47,393 bases of DNA, taken from positions 1-47,393 of the IMG/VR virus record IMGVR_UViG_3300036798_000553; one strand, given 5' to 3'. Both the position numbers and the translations under genes were made by a program. Below the pieces are notes generated by a model. It worked only from the letters and a program-made list of their open reading frames with translations, made no database searches and had not been told where the DNA came from. Below, in pieces: positions 1-8,784 of the stretch (position 1 is its first letter; each line of letters starts with the position of its first letter). This DNA is from a virus. Lineage: Duplodnaviria > Caudoviricetes.

Positions 1-97
1 GCCAGACGTACCGGTCCGGACGCATACTCACCCGGCATCGGTTCGACCGGGCGGCATCCGGCTCGTTGTAGTCGGCGGTTTCGTCGATCGCTTCCAT
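1..97 (-). CDS. partial hypothetical protein (runs off the left edge)
   Basis: ATG at 97 overlaps the stop of the upstream gene; MEAIDETADYNEPD... is open to the window edge. Confidence 0.55.
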   Translation of the reverse strand, partial: MEAIDETADYNEPDAARSNRCRVSMRPDRYVW

Positions 98-534
98 CAA
101 TCCCTCGATTCCTTGAAATCAGCGCGATTCAGCGGCCATTCGACCGACTGGAAATCAGGGTGGTCCTTGATCCAGATCGTGTGCTCGGCCTCGATCGTGG
201 GCGGGATTTCCTTGATGGCGACCTCACCCGCGATCAGGAAGCGCAACTCGGCGCTGTTGTCGTGCACAATGATCAGCCCGCGCCAGGACAGGAGCTGGCC
301 GGAGACCAGACCGCGGACAGCCCAGCGGCGGCGAGCATCGCAGCCCCCGATCCGGCCGGGCACGCCGCCGATGTGCCGGCCGTCCTGGTGCCCGAAACTG
401 GCCATCGTGAATCGCGAGAAGGGATGAGCCAGCTCCTCGACGGCGGTGATCCGGCCGCTGGGTACCTCCAGGGCGTTGGTGACGTCCTGCCAGTTCGGCA
501 CCGCCGGGATGACAAAGGGCTTGGGGGCGTTCAT
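97..534 (-). CDS. hypothetical protein, tail/neck module
   Basis: MNAPKPFVIP... starts at an ATGA overlap with the upstream gene; it is the 3' part of track ORF 97..1104. Confidence 0.65.
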   Translation of the reverse strand: MNAPKPFVIPAVPNWQDVTNALEVPSGRITAVEELAHPFSRFTMASFGHQDGRHIGGVPGRIGGCDARRRWAVRGLVSGQLLSWRGLIIVHDNSAELRFLIAGEVAIKEIPPTIEAEHTIWIKDHPDFQSVEWPLNRADFKESRD

Positions 535-1007
535 GCCGGCACCCACTTCAGTTGGATGTCGAGCATGTAACGGGCGAAACCGGCCGGGTCGCCGGGGATC
601 TTGCGCGGCTCGGACAGGGCGTTCGCGGTTTTGACCAGTACGGGCGGATAGGTCACGCCACCGGCTACCGGCACCAGCCGGGAGTGCGCCGGCGTCTCGG
701 CGTAGCAGGCCGCGAACACGTACTCGGCCAGCCGTGCGGCGGCATCCCACGGCGGCTTCTTGCTGCCGGTCCGCGTCGCCCAGGTGAAGATGGTGGCGAC
801 CGGCTGCCGGAACGGGAAGTCCGGGTGCGGCGAGCCCCCGGTGGTCAGCACCTGGAGGAAGCCGGTGGCCGCCCAGCTCGGCGGCGCCCCCGCGGGCAGC
901 GTGGCGCCGACCGGCGGCTGCGCGGCCAGCGCGGCGACAGCGGGGATGGCGGCCACCCAGGCGATCGCCACCACATCGTTGTTGAGGACTGGTGCTGGCG
1001 CGCTCAT
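531..1007 (-). CDS. putative tail terminator/completion protein
   Basis: 158 aa, directly after the HK97 gp10-like gene; ends RYMLDIQLKW, as tail terminators typically do. Confidence 0.6.
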   Translation of the reverse strand: MSAPAPVLNNDVVAIAWVAAIPAVAALAAQPPVGATLPAGAPPSWAATGFLQVLTTGGSPHPDFPFRQPVATIFTWATRTGSKKPPWDAAARLAEYVFAACYAETPAHSRLVPVAGGVTYPPVLVKTANALSEPRKIPGDPAGFARYMLDIQLKWVPA

Positions 1008-1318
1008 GAGTAGTCCCGCAGGCGGTAGAGCGCCGGACGCAGGAAGGGCTGCGGATCCACCACATGCCCGGTGTCGACCCCGTGTGAGACGACCCGATGG
1101 CCATTCTCGACCGCGGCGGCGTAGCTCGTGTGGGCAGTGACGACCAGCTCGTGGTCAGTGACCCGATGGTCGATGTGGTCGCGCAGGTGCCCGGTGTCGA
1201 CGGGAGCGAACCGCTTCGCGTCGGCGACGATGTCCGGCCCGAGCCGGGTCTCGAAGAACGTGTCGACCCTGGCGGCTAGTTGTTCGCGCCAGTCGTCGAC
1301 CATATCTTGGTTCGCCAT
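1004..1318 (-). CDS. HK97 gp10-family neck/tail-completion protein
   Basis: AKRFAPVDTGHLRDHI, YAAAVENG and PQPFLRPAL motifs. Confidence 0.85.
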   Translation of the reverse strand: MANQDMVDDWREQLAARVDTFFETRLGPDIVADAKRFAPVDTGHLRDHIDHRVTDHELVVTAHTSYAAAVENGHRVVSHGVDTGHVVDPQPFLRPALYRLRDYS

Positions 1319-1366
1319 GATGCTCCTTTTCGGACTCGTGGCGGGTGGTGCGGCCTCTTCGGCTGC

Positions 1367-1732
1367 TTACGGTGTTGCGGCCCCTCCTGTGACACGTTCG
1401 AGCTGGAGCACCCAGTCGCCGGCCGCGACGACCGAGTCTCCCCGCGAGCAGGTGGTAACCCAGAACAGCCGCTGGTGGGTGAGATCGAAGATCTGGTCGT
1501 CCTCCTGGAGCACCAGGTCGCCGTTGCAGCGGCCGGTGGTAACCCGGATGGTGCGCGGCACGAGGCCACTCGGGTCGAAGACGCTCTTGGTGCGCTCGAT
1601 GATCGACATCGGGATCTTGGTGTAGACCGGCTGACGGTCCGTGCCGGCCTGGACTTCATCGCCGTCGGAGTTTTCCTCTGTGGCGCGCAGGATGTTGGCG
1701 TAGCAGTTCGCGTTGCCGTACATCAGCCCCAC
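1367..1732 (-). CDS. putative head-to-tail stopper
   Basis: 121 aa, beta-rich, in the canonical position between adaptor and gp10-like gene. Confidence 0.6.
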   Translation of the reverse strand: MGLMYGNANCYANILRATEENSDGDEVQAGTDRQPVYTKIPMSIIERTKSVFDPSGLVPRTIRVTTGRCNGDLVLQEDDQIFDLTHQRLFWVTTCSRGDSVVAAGDWVLQLERVTGGAATP

Positions 1733-2187
1733 CCGCCTCCGGAGATCGGCTGCCAGCCCATCTCGTGGTCGGGCTCGGCGTCGCGCACCCAGGTCTGTTG
1801 CAGGGCCAGCATGTTGCGGCCCCGGCGGTTGGGGTGCAGCGCGCGGGCGCGCTTCCAGCGCAGCTTGCCGATCGCTACTCGGGCCAGCGGAGCCAGGATG
1901 ACGGCGTCCGGATTGGTGTAGACCGAGGAGACGCCATCCTGTGAGACGCCCTTGACGTCCTGGCGCCCCAGCAGGTCGGGCTGCGACTGCATGAACTTGG
2001 TCTGGTAGCAGGTGGCCTTCTTCAGGCGCACCAGGTCTTTCTCCCAGATCAGTTCCAGATCGATGTCGTCAGAATCCAGGTCGGCGTAGAGGTCCACAAT
2101 GGCCTGGGCTACGGCGATGTCGTTCTCGTAGGCGATCGCGCCGGTGAGATTCTGCACGTCGACGGGAGTGGCCCAGATAGCGCCCAT
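1723..2187 (-). CDS. putative head-to-tail adaptor
   Basis: starts MGAIWATPVDV after GGAGG; LKKATCYQ and VSQDGVS motifs; lies just downstream of the capsid gene. Confidence 0.7.
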   Translation of the reverse strand: MGAIWATPVDVQNLTGAIAYENDIAVAQAIVDLYADLDSDDIDLELIWEKDLVRLKKATCYQTKFMQSQPDLLGRQDVKGVSQDGVSSVYTNPDAVILAPLARVAIGKLRWKRARALHPNRRGRNMLALQQTWVRDAEPDHEMGWQPISGGGWG

Positions 2188-2398
2188 GTGGCTCTGGCCT
2201 CCCTCCGTGTGCACTCAACCAGCGTTGTGGATTCGGGGTTCCGGCCCGGCCGGGGCCATTCCGAGGGGAACTCGAACTGAGCCGGGCGTCCGGCCGGGCC
2301 GGTGACCCGGGCGCCCGCGCTCCCCGCGAACGAGAGCAACCCGGGACAGGCGGGCCGGCGTGGGACCTGGGGAGAAGCACGCCGGCCCGGTCTCGGGG

Positions 2399-3361
2399 TC
2401 AGTTGCCGACCAGCTCCAGCACGGCGGCACCGAACAGGTTGCCGTAGCCGAAGCCGCGGCGGGCGCGGGCCTTGAGCAGGGCCTGGTCGGAGGTGAACGC
2501 CGGACCGCTGTCGGAGTCGGCGTATTTGAACTCCGGGCCAGAGCGCTTGCCGACGACCAACAGGCGGGTGTTCACCACGAACAACAGCGGGTTGCCGGGG
2601 GCGCCGGCCGCCCCGCCGGTCGCGGCGGGCTGCCAGGTGGCGGTCGCCGAGGTCTTGGCGCCACGGGAATACCGGATCGGCACCTCCCACAGCATGTCCG
2701 GGATCGGGCCGGCGCCGGCCACGAAGATCGGCCGGTTGAAGTTGTCCTTGACCTCACGCACCTGGTTGCGGAACTTGCTGTGCGCGATGATCAGCATGTA
2801 CTCGTCTTCCCACCAGTCCGAATCCTCCACGAGGGCGAAGACCTCGGAGAAGTTGTCGTAGGTGGCGCCGACGTGCCCGGTGGCGGTGGCGATGTAGTTG
2901 TCGTTGGCCAGGTAGCCGACGGTGGCGTCGTTGTTGCGCAGGCTGTAGTACAGGCTGTTGTACGGCAGCGTGGTACTGCCGGTGCCGGCAGCCGTGACGC
3001 CCAGCGTCGCGTTGTCGAAGTACTTGCCCCAGCCCCTGGCCCAGTCGACCTGCTTGGTGGACACGAACGCGACCGAGGAGTCCTTCATGTCCTCGTCGGC
3101 CAGCGTGAGAATCGTGCCGGCCTTGCGGGCGGTCAGCAGGATCGAATCGTTGTCGTCGCCGGAGAAGTCGTAGACGGTGTTCTTGTCGACGCCAGCCACC
3201 GGCACGTCGCCGGTCCGCGGCACCTTCTTGGTGTCGGAGATCATCGTCTCCGGGCGGCCGTAGGTGTCGACCACCGAATTCTTCGCCACCGCCTGGATGA
3301 CGTCGGAGCCCTGCTCCTCCTGTACCCAGCCTTCAATTGTGGACGGAGTATTCACCGTCAT
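2399..3361 (-). CDS. major capsid protein (HK97 fold)
   Basis: 320 aa from MTVNTPS (AGGGAG RBS); LTARKAG, VKDNFNRPIF and ALLKARARRGF motifs; follows the scaffold gene. Confidence 0.9.
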   Translation of the reverse strand: MTVNTPSTIEGWVQEEQGSDVIQAVAKNSVVDTYGRPETMISDTKKVPRTGDVPVAGVDKNTVYDFSGDDNDSILLTARKAGTILTLADEDMKDSSVAFVSTKQVDWARGWGKYFDNATLGVTAAGTGSTTLPYNSLYYSLRNNDATVGYLANDNYIATATGHVGATYDNFSEVFALVEDSDWWEDEYMLIIAHSKFRNQVREVKDNFNRPIFVAGAGPIPDMLWEVPIRYSRGAKTSATATWQPAATGGAAGAPGNPLLFVVNTRLLVVGKRSGPEFKYADSDSGPAFTSDQALLKARARRGFGYGNLFGAAVLELVGN

Positions 3362-3599
3362 AGCGGTGTGCTCCCTGCGGGAAAGCCGCGAGCGCCGGGC
3401 TCGACGGACGGAGTGAATGGGCCGCTCCGTCCGGAGCCGAACAGCACCCTCGCCAGCGCACCGGGGCGCACCTGCGGGGACCCGAGGAAGAATCCTCGAA
3501 TGCCGGGCGCGTCGCTCGTGGGCCGCGCTTGTCCCGCAGAGTAGCACGCGCGTGCGCTTTCGTGCTAGGCACCCTGACCTGCGGGTTCAGCAGAAAACA

Positions 3600-3637
3600 C
3601 CCGGCCCGAACCCCCTGGAGCAGGATTCGGGCCGGGT
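3600..3637. terminator. GC-rich hairpin between scaffold and capsid genes
   Basis: CCCGGCCCGAA ... TTCGGGCCGGG inverted repeat. Confidence 0.4.
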
Positions 3638-3675
3638 GCTGGGTAACTGCGTTGGTCGCGCTGTCGGTATTCAGC

Positions 3676-4500
3676 CTACCCGCTGCGCGCTTGGTTGCGC
3701 TGTCCGTACTCCTTGCTGAGCAGATATTCGGCGGTCGACGCGTAGGTCTTCGGGCCGCCCGCCGCCGGGGTGCGGCCGCCCGCGCCGGGATTGATGCGCG
3801 GTTTCTTGGTTGCCGCACCGTTGCCGTTGGCCGCAGCCCGCTCCGCGGCAACCGCTGCCGCATCCCCGGTGTCAGCGGCGAACAGGCCGGGCAGCGCGTC
3901 CTGGACCAAACTGATCTGCTCGTCCAAACCCAACAGGTCGCCGTCGGCGTCGATCTCGATGTCGTCCATCTCGATCAATCGCAGCACCTTTTTCATAGCG
4001 ATGCGCGCGGCGTCGGCGTCTGCGGGCAGTTTCAGACCAGCCTCGCGCAGGCCCGCTTCGACCGTGCGCTGTTTGGATGCCGCCTGGGCCTGGGCCAACT
4101 GCTCCTGGGCCGCGTCACGCGAGGCCTGGGCGTCGAGAACCAGTTTGCGCAGCTCGGGCGACAGGTCGGCCAGTGGGTCGGCGGATGTCGCCGAAGCGGC
4201 GGCGGTCTCGGCGCCGTTGGCGGCGATCGACTTACCCTTGCTGTTGACGCCGGCCGCCTTGCGAGCGCGGCGTTCGCGGACCGCCTGGGCCGCCGCGCGA
4301 GCCGCGCGGGCGTTGGCCTCGGTGAGCTGGCGCTGGAGTTCGGCCACCGACGGCTGCTTGGCAGCCGGCTTCGCGCCGTCGGCGTCCGCATCCTCGTCGT
4401 CCCCGTCGACATCCCCCGTGTCGGTGAGGTCGAGGTCCAGCCCGTCCTCGTCGACCGGGTTGTCCGGACCCTGGGTCACATCGTCGTCTTCGTCTGCCAT
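3676..4500 (-). CDS. capsid scaffolding protein
   Basis: starts MADEDDDV; acidic N-terminus, Ala-rich coiled coil, LDEQISLVQDALPGLF; upstream of the capsid gene. Confidence 0.8.
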   Translation of the reverse strand: MADEDDDVTQGPDNPVDEDGLDLDLTDTGDVDGDDEDADADGAKPAAKQPSVAELQRQLTEANARAARAAAQAVRERRARKAAGVNSKGKSIAANGAETAAASATSADPLADLSPELRKLVLDAQASRDAAQEQLAQAQAASKQRTVEAGLREAGLKLPADADAARIAMKKVLRLIEMDDIEIDADGDLLGLDEQISLVQDALPGLFAADTGDAAAVAAERAAANGNGAATKKPRINPGAGGRTPAAGGPKTYASTAEYLLSKEYGQRNQARSG

Positions 4501-4543
4501 CTTCTTCTCTTTCCCCTCGGAATTTGCGGCTGGTGCTGCTGGG

Positions 4544-4813
4544 TCAGGCCGGCTGGATCCAGGCGGCATTGGCTGTGGTTGCGGCGACAATGCCGTACAA
4601 GTCGTGCGTTTGGCCGCCGACGCACGGAATCGGCACGCTGGTGCCCTTGGCGATCGGAAATCCGGTCGCGGTGGTGACGTTCGGGCCGCCGACAAAAATG
4701 GTCTGTACCGCGTCGAGGTTGGCCACCAGGATCGCGGCGCCGGAGAGCTGGACGGTGGCGATCAGGGTCGGTGTGACGCCGACCGCGACCTCGCCGTTGA
4801 GGAACACTCCCAT
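4544..4813 (-). CDS. small beta-rich hypothetical protein, possibly virion-associated
   Basis: 89 aa, IFVGGPNVTTATGFPI motif, AGGA RBS, located in the head module. Confidence 0.6.
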   Translation of the reverse strand: MGVFLNGEVAVGVTPTLIATVQLSGAAILVANLDAVQTIFVGGPNVTTATGFPIAKGTSVPIPCVGGQTHDLYGIVAATTANAAWIQPA

Positions 4814-4869
4814 GTGGATTCCTACGCTTTCTATTAGGCCCGGAAGGTGGTCGGCCGCAGCGCTACGCG

Positions 4870-7044
4870 CTACGCCCGGAAGGAGATATTAGTCCGGCTG
4901 GACGCGTCGGTCGGCGCGTTGCGCACGTCGGCGACCATCTGGGCGATCAACTGCTGTGCGGTGCTCTGGTCGATCGAACCGCCGGCGATAGCGGCGCCCA
5001 GGGCCTGGGCCGCCTCGGCGACCTGGAGGACCATGGCGATCCGGGCGGTAAAGCCGGTCGACGGAGCCGGCCAGCCGGCGATCTGGGAGCTGGTGTAGCC
5101 GGCTTCCTGCATCACCTGGTCGTAGGGCACACCGATGGCCACCTTGCCGGCGAGCACCTGCCAGCCGGGCAGGTCGTCGATCATCTGCGACTGCGCCCAC
5201 TGCACGTGCACGACCACGTCCCGATGCCCCATGATGGACATCAGGAATTCCACAAAAGACTCAATGGTGGGTGTCATCACCCGCTTGCGGGCGGCGCACT
5301 TCTTGATCAACGGCCCGGTGTTCTCGCGTTGGGTGGCGGCGTTGGGCATCTGGCCCATGGCGTCGTAGAAGGACATCGGCGTGCTGCATACAAAGGACAT
5401 GAACTTGATGTACTGGAGCATCGGGTCCAGGAAGCCCTTGGGGTCCGCGGCCGCGAGCTGCACGAGCTGGTCGACGTCCTTGAGCAGGTTGATGACGCCG
5501 GGCCGGTCCTCCACCACCGAGGTGTGCGCGTCCGGCGGCAATTCGTCGACCATGTCCTCGTCGTAGGCGTTCTGGTCGATGGTCGCGGATTTCTGGAGGG
5601 CGAACCTCGCCGGGAAGCCCTGCGCGTCGGTGGTCGCCATCTGCACCGCAATCAGCTTGTTGATGGCGTTCTGCGGGCCGTAGGCGTTGTAGTGCTCGGG
5701 TACGCCGTAGGCGTCGTCGTCGGTGGTGCGCAGGTGGAAAATCGGGATCTGGCCGTGCGGATTGGGGACCGGCCATCCCCCGGCGGCCGAGGCGGCGTTC
5801 GCCAGGGCCGCCTGCTGCATCGCCGGGGTCGCGGCCAGGGTGGTCGGCGCCGGCCCCAGGGTGTCCGCCTCGGCCTGAAGCGCGGCGTAGAGGTTGGCGA
5901 CCGAGGTGTCCGGCGGCACCAGCGAGTTCAGGAACGGGTAGCCGGTGAGCAGCTGGCGGCCCGCCGGTCCGAGCCGCTGGGCCTGCTCAATGTCGATCGG
6001 CTCGTCGGTGATCTCGTCCAGCGGATCGACGTAGGGCAGGTAGTCCTGCGGTTTCTCGCCGGTCGCGCCGTTCTTAGTGACCAGCTTGACGAGCCAGTGG
6101 TCGTAGTAGAGGTTGATCCGCTTGCCCCCGGTGGTGGTCTTGAACCAGCGCGCCGCGAACAGCGGGACCGTCTCGTCCTCCTCGTCGTAGATCACACAGG
6201 TGGTGGTCGGGTCCAGCGTCTGCACCTGCACGCCACCGGACCCGTCGTCCCAGGCCAGCGCGTAGCCGTCGCCGTTGATCAGGGACTTCTTCACCCACCG
6301 TGGGAAGAAATTGCCCAGCTTGTTCGCGCGCCACAGCTTCGCCCATTCGCGTTGCAGCGCCGCCGCCGCGGCGTCGGAGTCGGCGGGCAGCGTGGTCAGG
6401 ACCATCCCCGGCGTGTCGGTGCCGCCCGGGTCGTTGGCAACCGGCGCCGCCGAGGTGTCGGCCGGGTCGTCGGCCCCCGGCTGGCCCAGCACCGCGTCGC
6501 GGGCCGCCAGCTTGGCCGGGCTCGGCGCGTCCCGGGTCGGAGTGGGAGCGTCGGTGCCGCCCGGCGGCGGTGCGCCGGTCTGGGTCGGAAACACGCTCGG
6601 CGCGGCCACGTCCGGGCCGGCGGACAGGGTCGGGTCGGACGCCCCGGTGTCGCCGGTGACCGAGGAGGACAGCGAGTCGTTGATGTAGGGGCTGCGCACG
6701 TCGTCGGACAGCGGACGCAGCAGGACCGACTGCACCTCGATGCGGTTGTAGGCCTCGTCGACCACCCGGCCGGAGAAATTGCACAGATAGTCGCTGCCGG
6801 TCTCCCGCAGGATGTCGGCGATGTACTCGGTGGCGAAAATCTCCTCGATGTTGCCCTTGTAGAACCGTTGCGCCTGCTCGTAGTGCTGGGTGCGCTCGTT
6901 GAAGTGGTCGATCACCCGCTGGATGTCGGCCTGGTACGTCGCCACATCGCGCAGATCCGCCGCTGATGCCGGGTCCTGGCCGGGCCGGTAGTTCTCGTCG
7001 CCGACCAAGTCGAGGAAATTCGCGTTCGCGTTCGCTGTGGTCAT
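4870..7044 (-). CDS. portal protein (SPP1 gp6-like) with low-complexity insertions
   Basis: FYKG, NFSGRVVD, LINGDGYALAW, NPHGQIPIFH, YGVPE and QNAINK motifs. Confidence 0.88.
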   Translation of the reverse strand: MTTANANANFLDLVGDENYRPGQDPASAADLRDVATYQADIQRVIDHFNERTQHYEQAQRFYKGNIEEIFATEYIADILRETGSDYLCNFSGRVVDEAYNRIEVQSVLLRPLSDDVRSPYINDSLSSSVTGDTGASDPTLSAGPDVAAPSVFPTQTGAPPPGGTDAPTPTRDAPSPAKLAARDAVLGQPGADDPADTSAAPVANDPGGTDTPGMVLTTLPADSDAAAAALQREWAKLWRANKLGNFFPRWVKKSLINGDGYALAWDDGSGGVQVQTLDPTTTCVIYDEEDETVPLFAARWFKTTTGGKRINLYYDHWLVKLVTKNGATGEKPQDYLPYVDPLDEITDEPIDIEQAQRLGPAGRQLLTGYPFLNSLVPPDTSVANLYAALQAEADTLGPAPTTLAATPAMQQAALANAASAAGGWPVPNPHGQIPIFHLRTTDDDAYGVPEHYNAYGPQNAINKLIAVQMATTDAQGFPARFALQKSATIDQNAYDEDMVDELPPDAHTSVVEDRPGVINLLKDVDQLVQLAAADPKGFLDPMLQYIKFMSFVCSTPMSFYDAMGQMPNAATQRENTGPLIKKCAARKRVMTPTIESFVEFLMSIMGHRDVVVHVQWAQSQMIDDLPGWQVLAGKVAIGVPYDQVMQEAGYTSSQIAGWPAPSTGFTARIAMVLQVAEAAQALGAAIAGGSIDQSTAQQLIAQMVADVRNAPTDASSRTNISFRA

Positions 7045-7418
7045 GTGGTCACCCGCGTCAGCTCAGCGAGCACCTGCGGCCAGCTCTCGAAGCGAACAGC
7101 CCGGTCGTCGATGTAAGCCACCGCTGGCAGCTTCCGCCGGGTCACCAGAATACTGTCCTGGTCCTGCCAGAACTCCGGCAGCCCCTCCTCGTCGCAGTAG
7201 ATCGTCTCGATTCCGCTGCGCTGCCTGATCCACTCCGCCACCGGAGCCGGATCGCGGGTGGTATGCACGAACACAGCGTTGGTGCGCATCAACAGCCGCA
7301 GCGCGTCGAACGCCCCCGGGACAGGCGCGTCGTAAATGCTGCCGTCCTGCCAGCCCTTGCTGTAGGCGTGGATAACCCCGTCGAAGTCGACGGCAACGGT
7401 CCGCAGGCTCATGCTCAC
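7041..7418 (-). CDS. small HAD-superfamily phosphatase
   Basis: VAVDFDGVIH (DxD), VHTTR, KLPA and YIDDRA match HAD motifs I-IV. Confidence 0.85.
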   Translation of the reverse strand: MSMSLRTVAVDFDGVIHAYSKGWQDGSIYDAPVPGAFDALRLLMRTNAVFVHTTRDPAPVAEWIRQRSGIETIYCDEEGLPEFWQDQDSILVTRRKLPAVAYIDDRAVRFESWPQVLAELTRVTT

Positions 7419-8110
7419 TCGAAAGCCCCCTTTGTGGAATAGCATTCGACGGGATAAGGGAGCCATGAGTACGGATACGGCGGTGCGTAACGCCGCCTTA
7501 TGCACTCCATTCCGGCGCTGGCCAGATCCTGCATGTAATCGAAAGTCAGCGGCACCGATGGCGGTAGCGGTTGCTGTAGACCGACCGCGCTGGACTGCAT
7601 TTCGCTTGGGTGCGGAACACCCCAGTTGTAGGTGTTGGCCAGCTCCTGGAGGGCCGCGAGGCGCAGCATTGCCAGGTAGCGAGCGGCAGCGGACTGCTCC
7701 CGTGCGAAAGGCTGTTGCTCGGGCCAGACCGGCGGCCGGCTCTGGCACAGTGTCGGCTCGGCGTCAAAGGTGCTCATTCTGTCGCTCTGTTGCCGCACGC
7801 GCAACGAACGCCACTGCTCCGCGCTGATCTCCCAGCCCGCACCGCGAGGTGTTCGCGCGGGCAGCGCGTAGTCTGTCGGCCTGTCCGCTCCGTCACGCTC
7901 CACAATGGACTGTTTGAGGTAGCACGCCAAATCCAGCGCCTCCTCATAAGCATCGCGCAATGCGTCGCGGCCGTTGTGGGGTTGCAGGCTGGTGCCGTAG
8001 CGCTGGATGCCCAGCAGCTCGCGGCAGTCCAGGTCGTCGCGGACCAGGGACTGAATCGAGGGGTGCTCGTTGGGAACGGGCAGCGGCTGTTCGGTGTGTT
8101 CGGCACTCAT
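7415..8110 (-). CDS. hypothetical protein with a MazG/dUTPase-like all-alpha N-terminal domain
   Basis: GIQRYGTSL...DAYEEALDLACYL. Confidence 0.55.
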   Translation of the reverse strand: MSAEHTEQPLPVPNEHPSIQSLVRDDLDCRELLGIQRYGTSLQPHNGRDALRDAYEEALDLACYLKQSIVERDGADRPTDYALPARTPRGAGWEISAEQWRSLRVRQQSDRMSTFDAEPTLCQSRPPVWPEQQPFAREQSAAARYLAMLRLAALQELANTYNWGVPHPSEMQSSAVGLQQPLPPSVPLTFDYMQDLASAGMECIRRRYAPPYPYSWLPYPVECYSTKGAFE

Positions 8111-8784
8111 GCGGGGTCCTCGGGAATGGAAGTGGAAGCAGCGGGAGTGTAGGTGAACCAGTTGGTGCAGGTGCGGATTTCGAGCATATAGGCCAGTTGC
8201 GCCAGCGGAAGGCCAGAGCTTTCGGCGAAGGCGTAGACAACAGCTTGCGCCAGCTCCGCGTCCGGCAGAGCGACAATAGCGCCGTACTTGACAACAACCG
8301 GCTCGTCGGGCGTGGGAGAGGAGGGCAGCGGCGGGCAGGCGACCGTGCGGCGCACCTTCAGCCGAGTCAGGGCGAACGCGCACTCCGGTGAGGAGGGGTA
8401 GACGCTTTCACTGCGGATGAAGCGCCAGTGCCGGGTCAGCTCCTCGACGCACTCGGCGACCAGCTCCGCGTCGGTGTCCTGGGCGCCCAGGGTTAGCAGT
8501 TCGTCGCGCTTGATCGCGTGGCCCAGGGTGGTGTGGGACGAGTTGCGGAGGACTGAGGCCTCCACGTTGCGTATGCGATCGAGCATCCGCCCTCGGCGCT
8601 CCCTGGCCCGAACCGTCACCTCACTCTCCTTCAGAGCTTCCTTTTTGCCCACAACAGCCGCCGTCGCCAGATAATCCGCACTCGCGCGAGTAGCGGCCAG
8701 AGCAAGCATATTCTCGTGGTCTTGCTGGTACTTCGCGGCGACACTGGGAGAGAGGGTCTGCTTCGCGGTACGAATTTCGGTCAC
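8107..8784 (-). CDS. hypothetical protein
   Basis: GTG start overlaps the TerL stop, GGAGGA RBS. Confidence 0.65.
   Translation of the reverse strand: MTEIRTAKQTLSPSVAAKYQQDHENMLALAATRASADYLATAAVVGKKEALKESEVTVRARERRGRMLDRIRNVEASVLRNSSHTTLGHAIKRDELLTLGAQDTDAELVAECVEELTRHWRFIRSESVYPSSPECAFALTRLKVRRTVACPPLPSSPTPDEPVVVKYGAIVALPDAELAQAVVYAFAESSGLPLAQLAYMLEIRTCTNWFTYTPAASTSIPEDPA

Noticed and set aside
2215-2398. Gene or ncRNA after the capsid gene
   Set aside because: Only GC-rich inverted repeats, compatible with a terminator; no RBS or recognisable motif.
5206-6966. Long opposite-strand ORFs (also 2360-3544, 43378-44751, 45376-46698)
   Set aside because: Antisense shadows of real genes, expected in high-GC DNA.
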